A stretch of 64,000 nt of DNA. Origin: Picochlorum sp. SENEW3 (taxonomy: Eukaryota). Shown piece after piece: positions 35,883 to 49,113 of this stretch; position 1 is the first letter of the stretch; every line of letters begins with the position of its first letter. The DNA lies in the NCBI GenBank assembly GCA_034226945.1, contig CP120461.1:186001-250000 (forward strand), read 5' to 3'. A model generated the notes under the pieces. That model saw nothing but the letters and a program-made list of their open reading frames with translations, was not told the DNA's origin and searched no databases. A program made the position numbers and the translations under genes.

Positions 35883-36990
35883 GAGAAGCCGCCATACTTG
35901 TGGCGTTAAGACTGTCTACGTGACCGTCACACGGCCACGCGGGAACCAGTCAAACATCACCTAGTGTGCCTTGTATGGTCAAAACACATCCAGAAAAATG
36001 ACATCAAAACAATCTATATTCATATCATTCCATATCAACGTCAAACACGCACCATTCTGTGCCCTGACACTTAGGGCAAGTACGAGTAACAACGCAAGTC
36101 TCCACATTGTTACAGTGAAGAAACACGTCAATCAATGGACAATTGTCAGTCACAATGTAAAAATTAGTTCACTAGGATATATGTATAAATACTGTTGGAT
36201 TTCTTTTGAAGATTGGCCGATGCGCACACCCGATGATATCATCATCCAGAAGATTCTCTGGTCAACGGCCGCGCCCAAATGCTTATAAACTTAATCCCTT
36301 AATTAAGGGAAGTGATTGCTTGGAGGTCCTTCGATGGGATCCTCTATTGTGATTTCTTGACTGCAAGCTTGCAGCTAGCTTAAGATAGGTCGACCTCTAG
36401 GTGCGCATGCGCAAGCGCAGAGGTCCCTGCATCCAGCATCTGCTGTAGCTGACAGCAGTACTAGTTTGCGATGTACTACTCGATCACTAGCTTGTATAAT
36501 GGTGTCTCTATTGTCCTTTGCATTCAATACAGAGTGACTACAGAACGAATGACGTTTTACACCAGCCTACAAAAATGTAATGTAGGCATGTATTCAAATG
36601 CATAAAATGGATCCCATGCCCAGGAAAGGGGACACCACTTAACGATGTTAAGTGGTATTTCTACGAGATGGATGCTCTATCGATGGATTTCATGCGCAGC
36701 CATAGTTAAAGGAAGCAGGTCACTAGGTGGACCTTGGATGTCAATAGCGAAGGGTGCTGGATTCAAGAGGTCCACACTGGCGCGTACAGCCCATGTTTCT
36801 GTCCTCATAATAAGGGCCTCCTTGATGAATTTCAAAGATTGGTGCCTCGAGAGGCACTGCTATTATATAGTAAAAGATATGCGCAGATGTGATATCCACC
36901 TGGTAAACCTATGCAACCAAATATCTGTACAAAAGGAAAGGAAAAGACATTCCAACGCCCGGTCAACAGTCCTGATGCAAGATATTGCAA

Positions 36991-39410
36991 TCATGCGCTC
37001 AAGGATGGACAGGATGGACATGGTGGGCAGTTCTTGCAGACTGAAGAGCTGACCAACACGCGATCAAAGTATATGAGAGTACCTGTTCCATCAGGGTTTA
37101 TCACATCTGGACTCTGATTGAAGGTGGTTGCAGGAGGGGTGTATTGATCAGAGATGCCACCAGAACCTCCAACATAGATTTCTTCAGACAAGTACAAATG
37201 CCCATTGGGGCTGATTCCAAGGCCAGTGAACTGTGCTGCACTCCCACGCTGCTGCACGTCTGTATCTGGATCAAATGTGCCAGCTGGAGGTGAAATGAAC
37301 GGGACGGCAATTTCCACCAGATCTCTCAGATCTGCCTTGTTGAGAACCCTGAGCTGCTTCGTAACACTTGTGGACTGGCTGATGATGAAGAGTTTGTCCC
37401 CGAATATTTGTACTTCGGAGGCCCCTGTCACTTCTTCGCCTGATTCCATGACAAAGGTACCATTGGCAGAGAATTTCCGAATCTTGTCATCCCCAGCGAC
37501 ATAGACGGTGCCATCAGCATCAACCGCCGAGCCCTCACTTCCAGAGGTCACACCAGGATTCCAAGAATCGTCTTTCACAGGATTCTCAGGATCGGACACA
37601 TCCCACCTGGCAATCCCTGAGTCTTTTTCAGTGGTCACATAGAGCCAATACGTGGTGCCTTCTTTCCACCAGCCCAATCCTGTTGGCTCTCCGGCAAGTC
37701 CAGGGTCCCCAGTGTACAGAACGGTGTCCAAATCAGAGGTGAGGATGAGAATCCTCTTGCCATCTTCAAGGGCTACATACACGTTTCCGCGATCATCCTC
37801 TTTGATGTCAACTGGCTTTTGATTAACATCTGGTACAATTGGAATACCTGCCCATGCCTTGAAGGGACCTTGGGTACAAACTGCTCCACCATTGTCATTG
37901 TTCTCTGTCGTATTCCATACTTGGCAATTCGCTGCCGTATTATCTGGGCCGCCGTAAACAGGCTGCCCTCCGTACCCACCCCATCGAATGTCAACATTGT
38001 CTAGGCTGGGATAGTCCTCTCTGTTGGCATTGAAGTAGTCGTCAACGGTCTCACCCTGCAGCATTCCGTTGCCAAATATGACAGTATCGGATCCCTCAAC
38101 TGCAAGGACACCTGCTGAGACTTTGCGGATGGCCTGTGTGTATGCTGTCGTGGCGCTGTGGATATATCCTGTGTACACAGAGGATCCATCATAGCTCACT
38201 CCAAGACCTCTTAACCCTCTCGTGGTTGAGTAACCAGGCTTTGGATTACCTCTCAAACCGAAATAATCTGACTGAACTTGGAATGTCAAGGATACACACT
38301 CGTTTTGACTACAGAAGGCCTCAGCATCATTGCAATCACTGGACGAAACACAGCAGCCCGGCCCAAAGCTGCACAGAAACACGAGAAAATCAGCGATGAC
38401 AAATGCCTCGATACAAACACGTGAGATGATACCATACCTGTGAGTCACAGAAGAAGGCTGTGATGGTGCGCTCTCCTCTCCGGATGCTGTCTTGGAGGTG
38501 ACAGTGCAAGAGTATGTGATGTTGCCCTCCACCGGAGTCAGGTCAGCAGTTGTTTCTACGGAGCTCACGTTCTTCTGCACTGGGGACTCTCCGCCAATGC
38601 ACTCCACAATATATTGAGATGGAGGAGGTCCAGTGGTCACTTCATTCCACTCCACGCGAATTCCTGGGGTGCAGGTATCTGGAATTTGAGAGGCATTGAC
38701 ACCAGTCGGTGTGGATGGAGTACATGTTGATGGCCAACTGCAGAGAACAAGACAATCACGCTCACCAATGTACCGCATTCATTCAAACACCAAAATAAAT
38801 GAGAGTGATGGAAAATTGAATTGATATATCAAAACGCACCTGTACGTGATTGAATCAGGAGTGGCAGATGCTGGGTTTGATTCAATGTCCTGCAACACCG
38901 ACACCACTTGGCACGAATAAGGTACGCCTGGCGCGATGTCCTCCAGCGTCGCAGATGTGCCAGATTCTTGTGTCCTCTCGGAGGGAGCACCTTCTTTAGG
39001 GTTGCAGGTGACCTTGTAGCTCTCAGGTTGGGGACCACTTGTGGGAGATGTCCATACTACAGTGATGCCTGGCGAACAAGTGGTTGTCTCTGAAGCATTC
39101 ACTGCCGTGGGAGGAGATGGTTTCAATACTGGTGGTGGCGGTGGTGGCGCAGTTGAATACGGCGATGGTGGTGGTGGTGGTGGAGGCGAGGAAACTGGTG
39201 GTGGTGGAGGCGAGGAAACTGGGGGTGGCGGTGGAGGCGAAGAAATTGGGGGTGGCGGTGGAGGCGATGAAACTGGGGGTAGTGGTGGAGGCGAAGAAAC
39301 TGGTGTAGGTACAGGAACTGGTACAGGCTGAGGAATTGGCTGAGGAATTGGCTGAGGAATTGGTTGAGGAATTGGCTCAGGAATTGGTTCTGGCTCAGGC
39401 TCTGGCTCAG

Positions 39411-39453
<43 letters not shown>

Positions 39454-40680
39454 CTCAGGCTCTGGAGGATTGATTGGAATTTCTTCCGTCTCAGACGTTT
39501 CTTCAACTCCAACTACCTGAGCATTCTCTCCAAAGTTAGAGGATACTGTTTCAAGGTCCTGCAGAGATTCCTCAGTCTGCTGAGCCGCTTGCGATGCCTC
39601 ATCCAACTGAGATGGATCATTCACACGAAATACCATCTCGCTATCCGTCGTAATGCCCGTTTGAAGTAAATTCCTTCCACTATCTGACGCTGGACGAACG
39701 CTCACTACAGTACACCTGATCAGATTAGGATCATATTGGGACAATGATATCAATTCCTGGCACAGATTCTCTTGCTTTTCCTGCCCGAAGGACTCAACTG
39801 TTTCGTTTGAAAAAGAGATTTGGATGTTCAGCACAGGAACTTCAACAATAATGACGGCGGGTGGAGGAGGAGGTGGAGAAAGCGGCGGTGGGGGCAGTGG
39901 TGCCAGATCAGGCCTTGTCAGAATAAACTTCCAATGCAACCCTTTGCGATTGGGACGATCCAGGACTACCGAGTTATCTTCACAGAGATCATTGTCATCC
40001 CAGACTGGACCAAGAAGGCTCACAGATCCCCTCGTTGTACATGCCTCTCGATGCTGCATAAAGACAAACGTGCTGGGTGAATTCATGCCTACTCAAGGAG
40101 CAGGTCAAATCCAATTTCCCTACCCAATGTATACTTTCGTCACAAAGAATGCACGTACTTTTGCAAATAATTTGTACGTATTCCCTTGATTTCCTACTTG
40201 GACGAGGTCCCATGAGAGTAGGCCTCGGGGACGCACGCGGACAGACTCTGAACGGCAACTTTTAGCATACGAGAGTTTGGCAGGGCAGCACTTTGCTCGG
40301 TACACCTGAAAAACACAAATGCAGAGATGCCAGTATAGCAACATTAGAATTTCTTTCTATTACCATGAAGCACCATACGACGTGAACGTACCGCCTCGAG
40401 AGAGAAGGTGTTGTTTTCCAAGTTTACTACATGCCACCTCATTGGCCTCTGTGCTTTGGCCGATTGGAACCGTACCCTTCCAGACGGATCCTTACCCCAT
40501 TCTCTGTAGGAGAGATATTTGCCTGCAGGCAAACATGAAATATACAATTATAATATTCCCCAGTGCACGCTGCCTTCTTCCCCGCGAGGGTCCCAAGTTA
40601 TCAGAATATACCTTTGCAGCCTCCAGTTCCAATATATCGAATGATGTACTCACCATCCACCAATTGGTGCAATTCACCTG
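36991..40680 (-). CDS. Gene B: paralog with beta-trefoil-like N-terminal exons, a SEA-like domain, a PE/PQPI/SPPPP stalk, FN3-like repeats and the same propeller
   Basis: 36991-38787 is highly similar to 33052-34848; upstream exons include [35 protein letters not shown] | HREACTTRG; 5' boundary and integrity uncertain. Confidence 0.62.
39130..39470 (-). repeat. Coding low-complexity repeats: (PE)n, (PQPI)n and extensin-like SSPPPPP
   Basis: Tandem tctggc, tgaggaattggc and ggtggtggaggcgaggaaact arrays. Confidence 0.92.
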
Positions 40681-41469
40681 CAACACAGATTGTAATCGTA
40701 TATTGTCAATATATATGCATAACATGATCAAGCAAGAGCACCCTAACTGAGATTTGTATGCGCTCAGCCAGTGTCAGGGCACCTTACCATAACACGCCGC
40801 TATGGAGCCAAGAAGTACCACCAAGGCAAACGCCTGGCAGCGAGTCATATTCTCTAAGAGCTAACCACACGCAAGATTGATGCTTTTATATATATATACT
40901 ATTAATATAGTAGTAGTATATATTATATTGATGGCGAAACTGTTTCTTTCTTACAGTATCTGTAATGGCAGGGCTTCTTTAAAGGAAAATTTTACTCAAT
41001 ACGCGTGGCAAAGTGCACCGTGAAAATGTTGTTTTCAAATGTAGACATGCGACAGGCCACCTTGTATTAAGGTTTCGAATATCTTTCAATTATCTTTGAT
41101 TAAATTACGCGAAGAGAAATGGCGTGCGACGTGATTTCAGGCGCTTAGCCTGTCCACGTGACGAATTGGTAGGCTGCTGGATCTGACGTCAGCAGCTGCT
41201 GCAGATCATGATCTATACGGGATATCCCGGGGTCTGGGCCCAGATCTGGGGTACCTCAAAACATGTATGACTAGGGAGCGTACATCTCAATCCCACCCCT
41301 ATATATATATATACATCCTGTGCCTGTCGTAATATTCATATTATTATTACATTCATCAAGAAAACGCATGATGATCCAGTAGTACGCAGTGTCCTATACA
41401 AGCCATGCACATTGGTTACTCTGTCGGACCTCTTCAAAAATCACAAAAGAGCAGAAGGGATACACCCTG

Positions 41470-42901
41470 TCAAAAGTTTGGCCTGGGTGATTGCAGCGCT
41501 TCTGCATAAGCATTGCCGTCTCGTAGCGCCATTTCAACATCTTCAGTATTCCTAGCAGTATCAATATTGTTTCCATGTCTCGCATGCTGCACAGGGAATG
41601 GTGGTGTGACATGGGCTGCATCTGACCCTATGATCATGTCATCAGAATGCCCATCTATACTGGGAGGTAGGCTTCCGCCAATGGCATGCCTATCGCCGCC
41701 ACCACGAGGCATGGATGCTGGAGACATAGAATCACTCGTCGTTTCTATATCTGATACATCTGGACTTGTATCGTGGAGTCCCAGAGCTGTCTTTTGCTTT
41801 TCCCAGAGAGGTTTGTACCTCGGCGGCACCTGACTGAAAAGTGCTTCATACCAATTCCTCCAAAATCCAACATTGTAAGGGTTATTCGAGCCGGTAAACC
41901 TGCTTCTGAAGTGCTCGTATGTCGTCGTGTTTCTACTAATAAGGAGTGAATGAAAGCATGTGAGGCCACCCACAAACCATGATGCAAGAAAGGCATACGC
42001 ACTCACAACAATAGACGCAGGATACGCGCCAATCGCGCCTGCCCAATCGCCATCATGTTCTCTATCTGCTGCATCATGAAGCTGTAAAAACGATACTATA
42101 ATCACCCACATGCAGAGTATTGTGGAGCCAGAGATGAAGAGGAAAAATGTTCTGTAATTACGTCTACCTATACAGTTTCCGACCCATGGGCAGTGGTGAT
42201 CAAATTTATCAACGCAATTGTCACATACGGCACAATGGGAACACCGAGGTGGTCTATAATGGTAGCATGTGGAGCAGAATTTGGTGGTTATTGTATACCC
42301 ATTGACCTGATGGTCAAATGTTCTAGGTGCCCGACTGCAGTCATGCTTGGTCACAAATCAATCATCCACTATGATGCGCAAGAATGTGTATAAAATGGTG
42401 GTGGTAGAAGAAAAAGAAAACGTACCCGAGTTCTACTTCGCTGTGAGGAGGAGATCGTGGATAAAACCCTGGATCTCTCATGGCAGTTCGTCCCAACGCA
42501 TACAAGACAGACACAGTCAGGAGCACAGATACAAATAGGTACGCCCATGACATGTGGCTAACGGTATATGGAATCACAAGGACGTAAAAGACAACTGCAA
42601 GCGAGGACATTGATGTCAGCAGCGTACAACAGAAGAAAGAATGCAAGCAAAAGACAAAAAAGAATGCTCCCTAGACAAGTTACGTACCCAGAGGAGCGAC
42701 GATGAGGAAGATCGATGCCAACATCGCCTTATAATCTGGTCCAAGGACAATTCTACCGCCAAAAAAGGAGTAGTGAATGCCTCTATCGACGCCACGAATA
42801 CCATGTCTGTCTTGCCGCCTGGATCCAACACTTTCGTCGACTGGCAACTGTGCATTCCCACAGGTGCAGCCAAAATCTTCTACTTGAACTATTTGACCCA
42901 T
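41470..42901 (-). CDS. DHHC protein S-acyltransferase (Erf2/ZDHHC9-like), 3 exons
   Basis: [75 protein letters not shown]. Confidence 0.93.
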
Positions 42902-43193
42902 ATGTATCTATAAATTTAACGGGTCTGTGCCTCACATGGCTATAGTCTGCCTGTTTTTTTGTGCTTGAAACAAATCGTCAACTCGTGTACGACCAATATG
43001 GAATATACGCATATTATGCACGGATGGATAACGTTTTATTTGTTATTGAAACAGTTTAGGTGAGTATCAGGGTATATTGATCGACCATGGCACTCTCCTT
43101 GAATGGAAAGATAGTTCCATTTCTCATGGGTCTGCCTGAAACAAGGGGTTTGCATCATAGGGTTGTTAGATTACTTACAATGGCAAAATACTA

Positions 43194-46100
43194 TTACCAT
43201 CTGCTTCCACCACGAGCAGGTGGCCGATCAGATGTTCTCCAGGAGGAGGGCTCGTCTTTACCTTGGTCTCTCCAACTTCCAGAGTTGGATGGTGGCGGGG
43301 CTGCTCCGCCGGCAGCTCTCAGATGAGGAGGAACGAATTTGCCTGGGCGCCCTCTACTTGGTGCCGAGGATGGTGGTGGAGCTTCGGACTTCTCTTCACC
43401 CTGCTCTCTTGCTTTAGCTTCAATCTCTGCCTCTCTTTGTCTCTTCTTTGCTTCAATTTCATCTAATTTTCTTTGGTGCTCAGCCTGTTCTCTAGCTGCC
43501 TTTTCTCTTTCCTCCTTCAAGCGGGCTTCTTCCTCTTCTCTCCTCTTCTTCTCAATTTCCATGCAGCAGCGCCTGGCATATTCTCTCTTACGCGCGAGAT
43601 CCCTTTCGGCTCTTCGGGCTTCTTTCCTGGCCTCGGCAGCACGCTTCTTTTCTTCCCTGAGAGCTTCGAATTCGGCTGCTCTACGGGATTGAATGGCATC
43701 CGCGAGGAATTTAGCGTCTTTTTGCATACGCTGTACTTGCTTTTTGACAGAGAGATCGTGCTCCCAGGCCTTTCTGTGGGCTTCCATGGCAGCAGCTTGC
43801 TCGTGCTTCCAAGCACCCTCTTCGCTCTGAAGCTTTGTCTTGAGGGCTTCTTCTCTGAGTGGTGCTTCCTCTTCTCTCTTGGCTCTTTCCAAATGATCCA
43901 TTTGTTTGGCAAGTTTGGTCAATTTGCGTCGCATATCCTGAGCACTCTTGTCCTCCTCGCGCAACATTTCAGCCTTGAGGGCTGCCATATCCATGTGGGC
44001 AGAGTCTTGAATTTTCTTTCCTCTGGCTGCCAATTCTGCCTTAATTCTTGCCTCTTCATCCTCGGCCATTTCTCTGAGAATGCGCTCTTCTTCTCTTCGG
44101 ACGCGCTCTGCAGCCTTTCTTCTTTCTTCATCTTCTCTTGCCTTTGCCTCAGCCTCTTGTCTCTTAGCCTCTTCTTCCATTTCTTTCTGGAGCATGAGAC
44201 GCTCATGTTCCTCCTTGCGACGCTCAATGACTTGTTTACGTGCAAGTGCACGTTTGTTCTCATCATCAGCGCACTCCAGAGCCTTTTTGATGGCAGCAGC
44301 TCTGCGAGCATTCTTTTCAGCTGCAGCCTTTCCTGCCACACTGCCGTACTGGGCGTTGATGACTGCAATCGCTTTTGAAAGTCTCTTGGAAGAAGATGCT
44401 ATCTGAGATTTCACAGCATTCCCTGCGAGCTCATTTCCACCAAAGTGGACTGTTCCATTCCTGTGGTCAAAGCGGGCCTGGAGGAAGCCATGTCGGACAG
44501 CATCCAGAATAAGAGCCTCAGATTCTCCAAATGTCCATCCAAATGGAGCCAGTTGAGACAAGGAGGAAACTCTCATCACAGAGTACACATCGGAGAGCTG
44601 ACGAATAGTTCTTGAAAGGGCCACCTGTTGGATGAATGGCACATACACTGACAAATCAGCTGCACTAGGTCCAACTGGGCAAGCATCAGTCGGGTCAAGT
44701 TCTCCACTCAACGCTTTTAATTCTTCAAGGATTGGAGATAACGTCTGGCAGAGTTTCAAAGGATTGAAATCTCCTTCCAGAGCGCTGAACACAGCCTTCA
44801 CCTGTGGAGGAACAATCTGCAGGAGACCCTTCCTCTCAATATCGGCAAGCAACGCCTGACGCGACAACAAAATTCTTCTATCTAATCTGTCAACGTTGAA
44901 TCCCAGAATACCAGCCATTTTCACGGCATTCTCCTTCTCATATGGTCGAACATCATCACCACGGGCAGCAGTATTACCGCTGTCATAAGGCAACACACTC
45001 AACGCGCTCAAGACGACATTAGAAGCCATAGCAACCACATCATTAGAGGTCAAACTCTTGTTGAAAGATCTGGAAAACGTGAAAAGGCGATACCATGCAT
45101 ATGCATTATAGAGCCTTGCTTCCGAACGAGTAAAGATTTGTGTCAATCTTGCATAATACGTGGCCATCAACGATGCCTTTGGACCCTTGATTCCCTTTGG
45201 AGGGGATCCAACAAGACCTTGAATATCTTCCACAGACCTAAACGCCTCTGCCCACAGCTCTAATGTGCAGGCCGTCTTCAGTTGCTCAAATCTGACATCA
45301 ATGTACAATTCCCACGTGGCTGGAACGCTCAAATCCGTTCTATCTCTACCTTGTTGGTCCTTGTACTTGATCAATGTACCCAAATGATTGCGCAAGATGT
45401 CACATAATCGACGAAACTCGGTTGTTCTCTTGTACTGAACACAAAAAGAGAACGCCCTGTTTGCTGCCATAGCATACAAAACTTCCAAACGGGCATTGTT
45501 CCTCAGCACATCCAACACATTTCTATGCGTTTCCCACAAGAGTTTGAACCAGGGAGTCAATACCTCTCTGTCAGTTCTATCAGAACTCTTCTCCCCGCTC
45601 ACATAACTCAAAATCATCTCCTCCGGAGAGTCATCAGCCTCCAAATCACCGAGCTCATCAATCATGGCCTGAGCTTCTTTACTCGCCTCCTCTGCCTTTT
45701 TCGACGCAGTCTCTACCAAGTACGTGATGACATCCCCCAGAGACCCAACATTCACTTGCTGGCATGCATTACGGTAGTTGATCAAAGCATCTTTAATCTT
45801 CCTGGCCTGCTTCATCTCTACAGCTAAATCCACATGCCTATACATGACCTCCTCCAATGCTTTTGTCCAATTCCGCTGATGCCTCTTATTGGTAATGGTA
45901 TCATGAAGAGTCTGAAGAGCATTTTGCTTTTGACCAACCTGCATACGAGAAAGATCCGTTTAGAAACCCACCAAAGCACACTCTAGTTCAATCAAAACAA
46001 TCTTAAAGGCATAGATACGCACCCCAATCAACTCTTCGGCTCTCTTGAGAGCATTTTCAGGCTTGAGAGCGACGCCTCCACCCCTGTGAAAACGAGACAT
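43194..46100 (-). CDS. eIF3a: Translation initiation factor 3 subunit A, 2 exons (intron 46022-45939)
   Basis: KPENALKRAEELIG | VGQK..ALQTLHD, PWFKLLWE, EFRRLCDILRNHL, LELWAEAFRSVEDI, PCI domain and a charged coiled coil. Confidence 0.95.
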
Positions 46101-46705
46101 TGCTATTGTATGGACCAAAGTACTCTACGGATATCTCTATCTATTACTTTAGAATATAAACTGAATATTTTAGACCCTCTTTCTCGATTCTTCAATCAAC
46201 AGCCGGCAAAAATGTCCCGTCAGCAATCGTCCGCTGCCAAGTTGCACGTGCACTGTTACGTAGTGATTGATGGCAATCCGAGGTTATTTTCTTCGTGAAA
46301 GAGTATGTGTCATGTCTCATACGGGTTCGCCATCAAGAGTCATGAGTTGCGCAGCCACAATCGGCATCAATGAAAAGAATCCCGGTCAGCGGGTTTATTT
46401 GATGGGATGGTGTATTGGACAGTGCATTGGCTTTGAACTGGATGCGTCCATTGTGCAGTGCAAACGAATTATTTGATATCGCTGTGGGTTTGGTACCAGA
46501 CATAGTGAATTTTGAATTATTGGTTGCATTATAGGTTGCAGCATGCATCGCGAGACCTGTCCTGGCCTTTGCTCAACTCTTGGGTGTCTTGGGCACACAG
46601 AAAAGAAAGAAACACTCAGAGAGATAGAGAGTGTGTGTGTCCTAGGAAAGATTGCCTGAGCAGGTGTATACGCATCATCAGTTCTGACTTGAGCTATCAT
46701 TTACA

Positions 46706-48409
46706 ATGAATACCATTGGATCATACACGATGCAGCAGGGCAGGACCGGGTATCCATGGAAGACGATGTGTCCATATCACATGATGCAGCCTGCTACTCT
46801 TGCCGCTACATACAGAGCAGGTAGTCACCCAGACAATGAGAATGACGATGAATCGTGTCCGTTGGTGGACGCCGTGATTCATCGAGGTTCCAAGGATTGG
46901 GAAAAGTCATTTCACGTGCCAGGCCATAAGAAGGGAAATGGCATTACACACAAACATAGAAACGTGCTGGGGGATGTTGCTTTTCGGCACGACACAACTG
47001 AACTACAGGGACTTGATAATCTACAGCAGCCAGGGGGAGTTATTTTAAAAGCAATGGAGAAGGCATCTGCGTTATGGGGATCGGAGCATACATGGTTTCT
47101 AGTGAATGGAGCCACGGTCGGAATACATGCTGCCATCATGGCAACATGCTACAGGGGAGCAGATGACTGCCTCATTCTGGCAAGAAATGCCCATCAGTCG
47201 GCAATCAATGGATCCATCATGGCAGGATGTAGTGTGGTATATGCAAGAAATGAATATTCGTATGGTATAGCGCACCATGTGACACCAGAAGCTGTAGAAG
47301 AAGCCTTCATAAAAGCAAAGGACTCTGGATGCTGCCCCCGTGCAGCTCTCATCGTCTCTCCAACATATTTCGGCGTACAAAGCGATATTGCAGCTATTCA
47401 AAAAGTATGCAATAAATATGGTGCAGTCTGTATCGTGGACGAAGCACACGGTGCTCATTTGGCACATGTCCCCAATTGTCAGGATGCTTTGGCTCATGGT
47501 GCACATCTGGTGATTCAGTCAACACATAAGCAGTTGTCTTCCTTGACGCAAAGTTCAATGTTACATACACAAAACATACCCAAAAAGATGAAGGAAAGGC
47601 TAGATAGGGTTCTTAAAATGCTGCAGTCATCATCGGCCAGCTATCTCTTGCTGTCTTCCTTGGATGCTGCCAGATATCACATGGAAGACAAGGCAGCTGT
47701 AGATGAGCCACATGCAGCGGCTCTTCATATTCATTCATATTTCAATAAAGGCTCCTTAAAGCACAAGGATGTGGAGATATCGTTGCTATCATCGCTCGTC
47801 CACGCACCCAGGTATGATCCATGGAGGATCACACTTGTCCTACATCATGTGATCGATGCTGCCTACATCACAGGATGGTCGATTGCAACGCTATTGGAAA
47901 CTGAGCGAGGTATTGTTGCCGAAATGGCGACGTATAATGCCATTGTCTATGCATGTGGCATAGGTACCAGGCTTGATGATGCACAAGCCTTGACAGATTC
48001 CTTAGACTGGCTTATCAAGGAGCAGGGTATCAAGCATCTTTCTGTTCCTTTGCAGATGATATCAAAAGAAAAAGATTTGATCAATACCAATAAAGAAGAC
48101 CCATTCGGTGACGAAAGAGATGCAGCAGCACTCATTGCAGTATCATGCCAACAGCCAGCAACTGTACCCAGGGATGTTTACATGTCAGATAGCATCGCCA
48201 TGCCACTTGAGCAGTCTGTATCGTGTATTGCAGCAGAAACAATAACGGTATATCCCCCTGGGATACCAATTCTCGTCCCAGGGGACGTTATCACAGCAGA
48301 TCACGTGCGCTACATCCAGAAACTCAAACAAACCTCCTCCTCGTCCCTGTTGATCGGAGGAAATGCATGTGATACCATTCAAGTCATGGATGTTTTTATT
48401 ACAGAGTGA
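46706..48409 (+). CDS. PLP-dependent Orn/Lys/Arg decarboxylase (class I, bacterial wingless type)
   Basis: SFHVPGHK, TELQGLDNL, FLVNGAT, RNAHQS, SPTYFG, VDEAHGAH, QSTHK (PLP Lys), YPPGIPILVPG; N-terminal extension may be a transit peptide. Confidence 0.9.
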   Translation: MNTIGSYTMQQGRTGYPWKTMCPYHMMQPATLAATYRAGSHPDNENDDESCPLVDAVIHRGSKDWEKSFHVPGHKKGNGITHKHRNVLGDVAFRHDTTELQGLDNLQQPGGVILKAMEKASALWGSEHTWFLVNGATVGIHAAIMATCYRGADDCLILARNAHQSAINGSIMAGCSVVYARNEYSYGIAHHVTPEAVEEAFIKAKDSGCCPRAALIVSPTYFGVQSDIAAIQKVCNKYGAVCIVDEAHGAHLAHVPNCQDALAHGAHLVIQSTHKQLSSLTQSSMLHTQNIPKKMKERLDRVLKMLQSSSASYLLLSSLDAARYHMEDKAAVDEPHAAALHIHSYFNKGSLKHKDVEISLLSSLVHAPRYDPWRITLVLHHVIDAAYITGWSIATLLETERGIVAEMATYNAIVYACGIGTRLDDAQALTDSLDWLIKEQGIKHLSVPLQMISKEKDLINTNKEDPFGDERDAAALIAVSCQQPATVPRDVYMSDSIAMPLEQSVSCIAAETITVYPPGIPILVPGDVITADHVRYIQKLKQTSSSSLLIGGNACDTIQVMDVFITE

Positions 48410-48441
48410 AAAAAAAATGCAACACACCCCAGAGCACATCA

Positions 48442-49113
48442 TCACAACCTGCGCAAACTACTCTTCTTCTTCTTCATGTCTACAACCCTTGGCTTTTTAC
48501 CAGCAACTTTGCCCTTCACCTGTCCATCACCTATTCCATGATGCGCCTTCTTACCTTCTTCCCCATCCGTAGCATTCAACACATTCGCCCCACCCGCCGC
48601 TGTCAACACACTCTTTTGCTTCTTGGCTGTCACTCCCTGTGCATGAATCTCAGTCATAATCTTCGCCTTGGCCGCAAACTCGTCAAACCCTTCCAATAAA
48701 AGCTTCCCAGCTTCTTCATTCAATGCCGACTCGGGGTTGGGCTCCACCAACAAACACCGAATCACAGTCAATATATGCAACAAACCCATATCAGGCTTCC
48801 AGTCCCGTTTTAACACATTCACACAGATATCGCCCGACGATGACACATTCGGATGAAATATCTTTGTCAAAAATCTACCCTTTGGCGGAGCATGCGGGTA
48901 ATCTTCTCCGATATACAGCTTCATACGAAACACCCCACCTTCATAAGGCGTCCCTTCAGGCCCATCGTACGCTGCCTCAATCTCCGTCACATTCCCCTCA
49001 TCCACCATAACACGCACTCCATCAATATTTTTCTCTTCCAATTCTTTAATATCCTTCAGCAGGCGTTTCATTGTCGCACCACTCGTGCTCGCAGAACGAT
49101 TCAGTCCTTCCAT
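48442..49113 (-). CDS. UBE2S: Ubiquitin-conjugating enzyme E2 S (UBE2S/UBC22)
   Basis: HPNVSSSGDICVNVLKRDW, PNPESALNEEAGKLLLE and basic C-terminus KKKKSSLRRL. Confidence 0.92.
   Translation of the reverse strand: MEGLNRSASTSGATMKRLLKDIKELEEKNIDGVRVMVDEGNVTEIEAAYDGPEGTPYEGGVFRMKLYIGEDYPHAPPKGRFLTKIFHPNVSSSGDICVNVLKRDWKPDMGLLHILTVIRCLLVEPNPESALNEEAGKLLLEGFDEFAAKAKIMTEIHAQGVTAKKQKSVLTAAGGANVLNATDGEEGKKAHHGIGDGQVKGKVAGKKPRVVDMKKKKSSLRRL

Noticed and set aside
43473..44378. 301-aa plus-strand ORF and similar long antisense ORFs (e.g. 4968-5327, 59475-60242)
   Set aside because: Shadow frames of low-complexity coding regions (eIF3a, PEP repeat, GAR domain).
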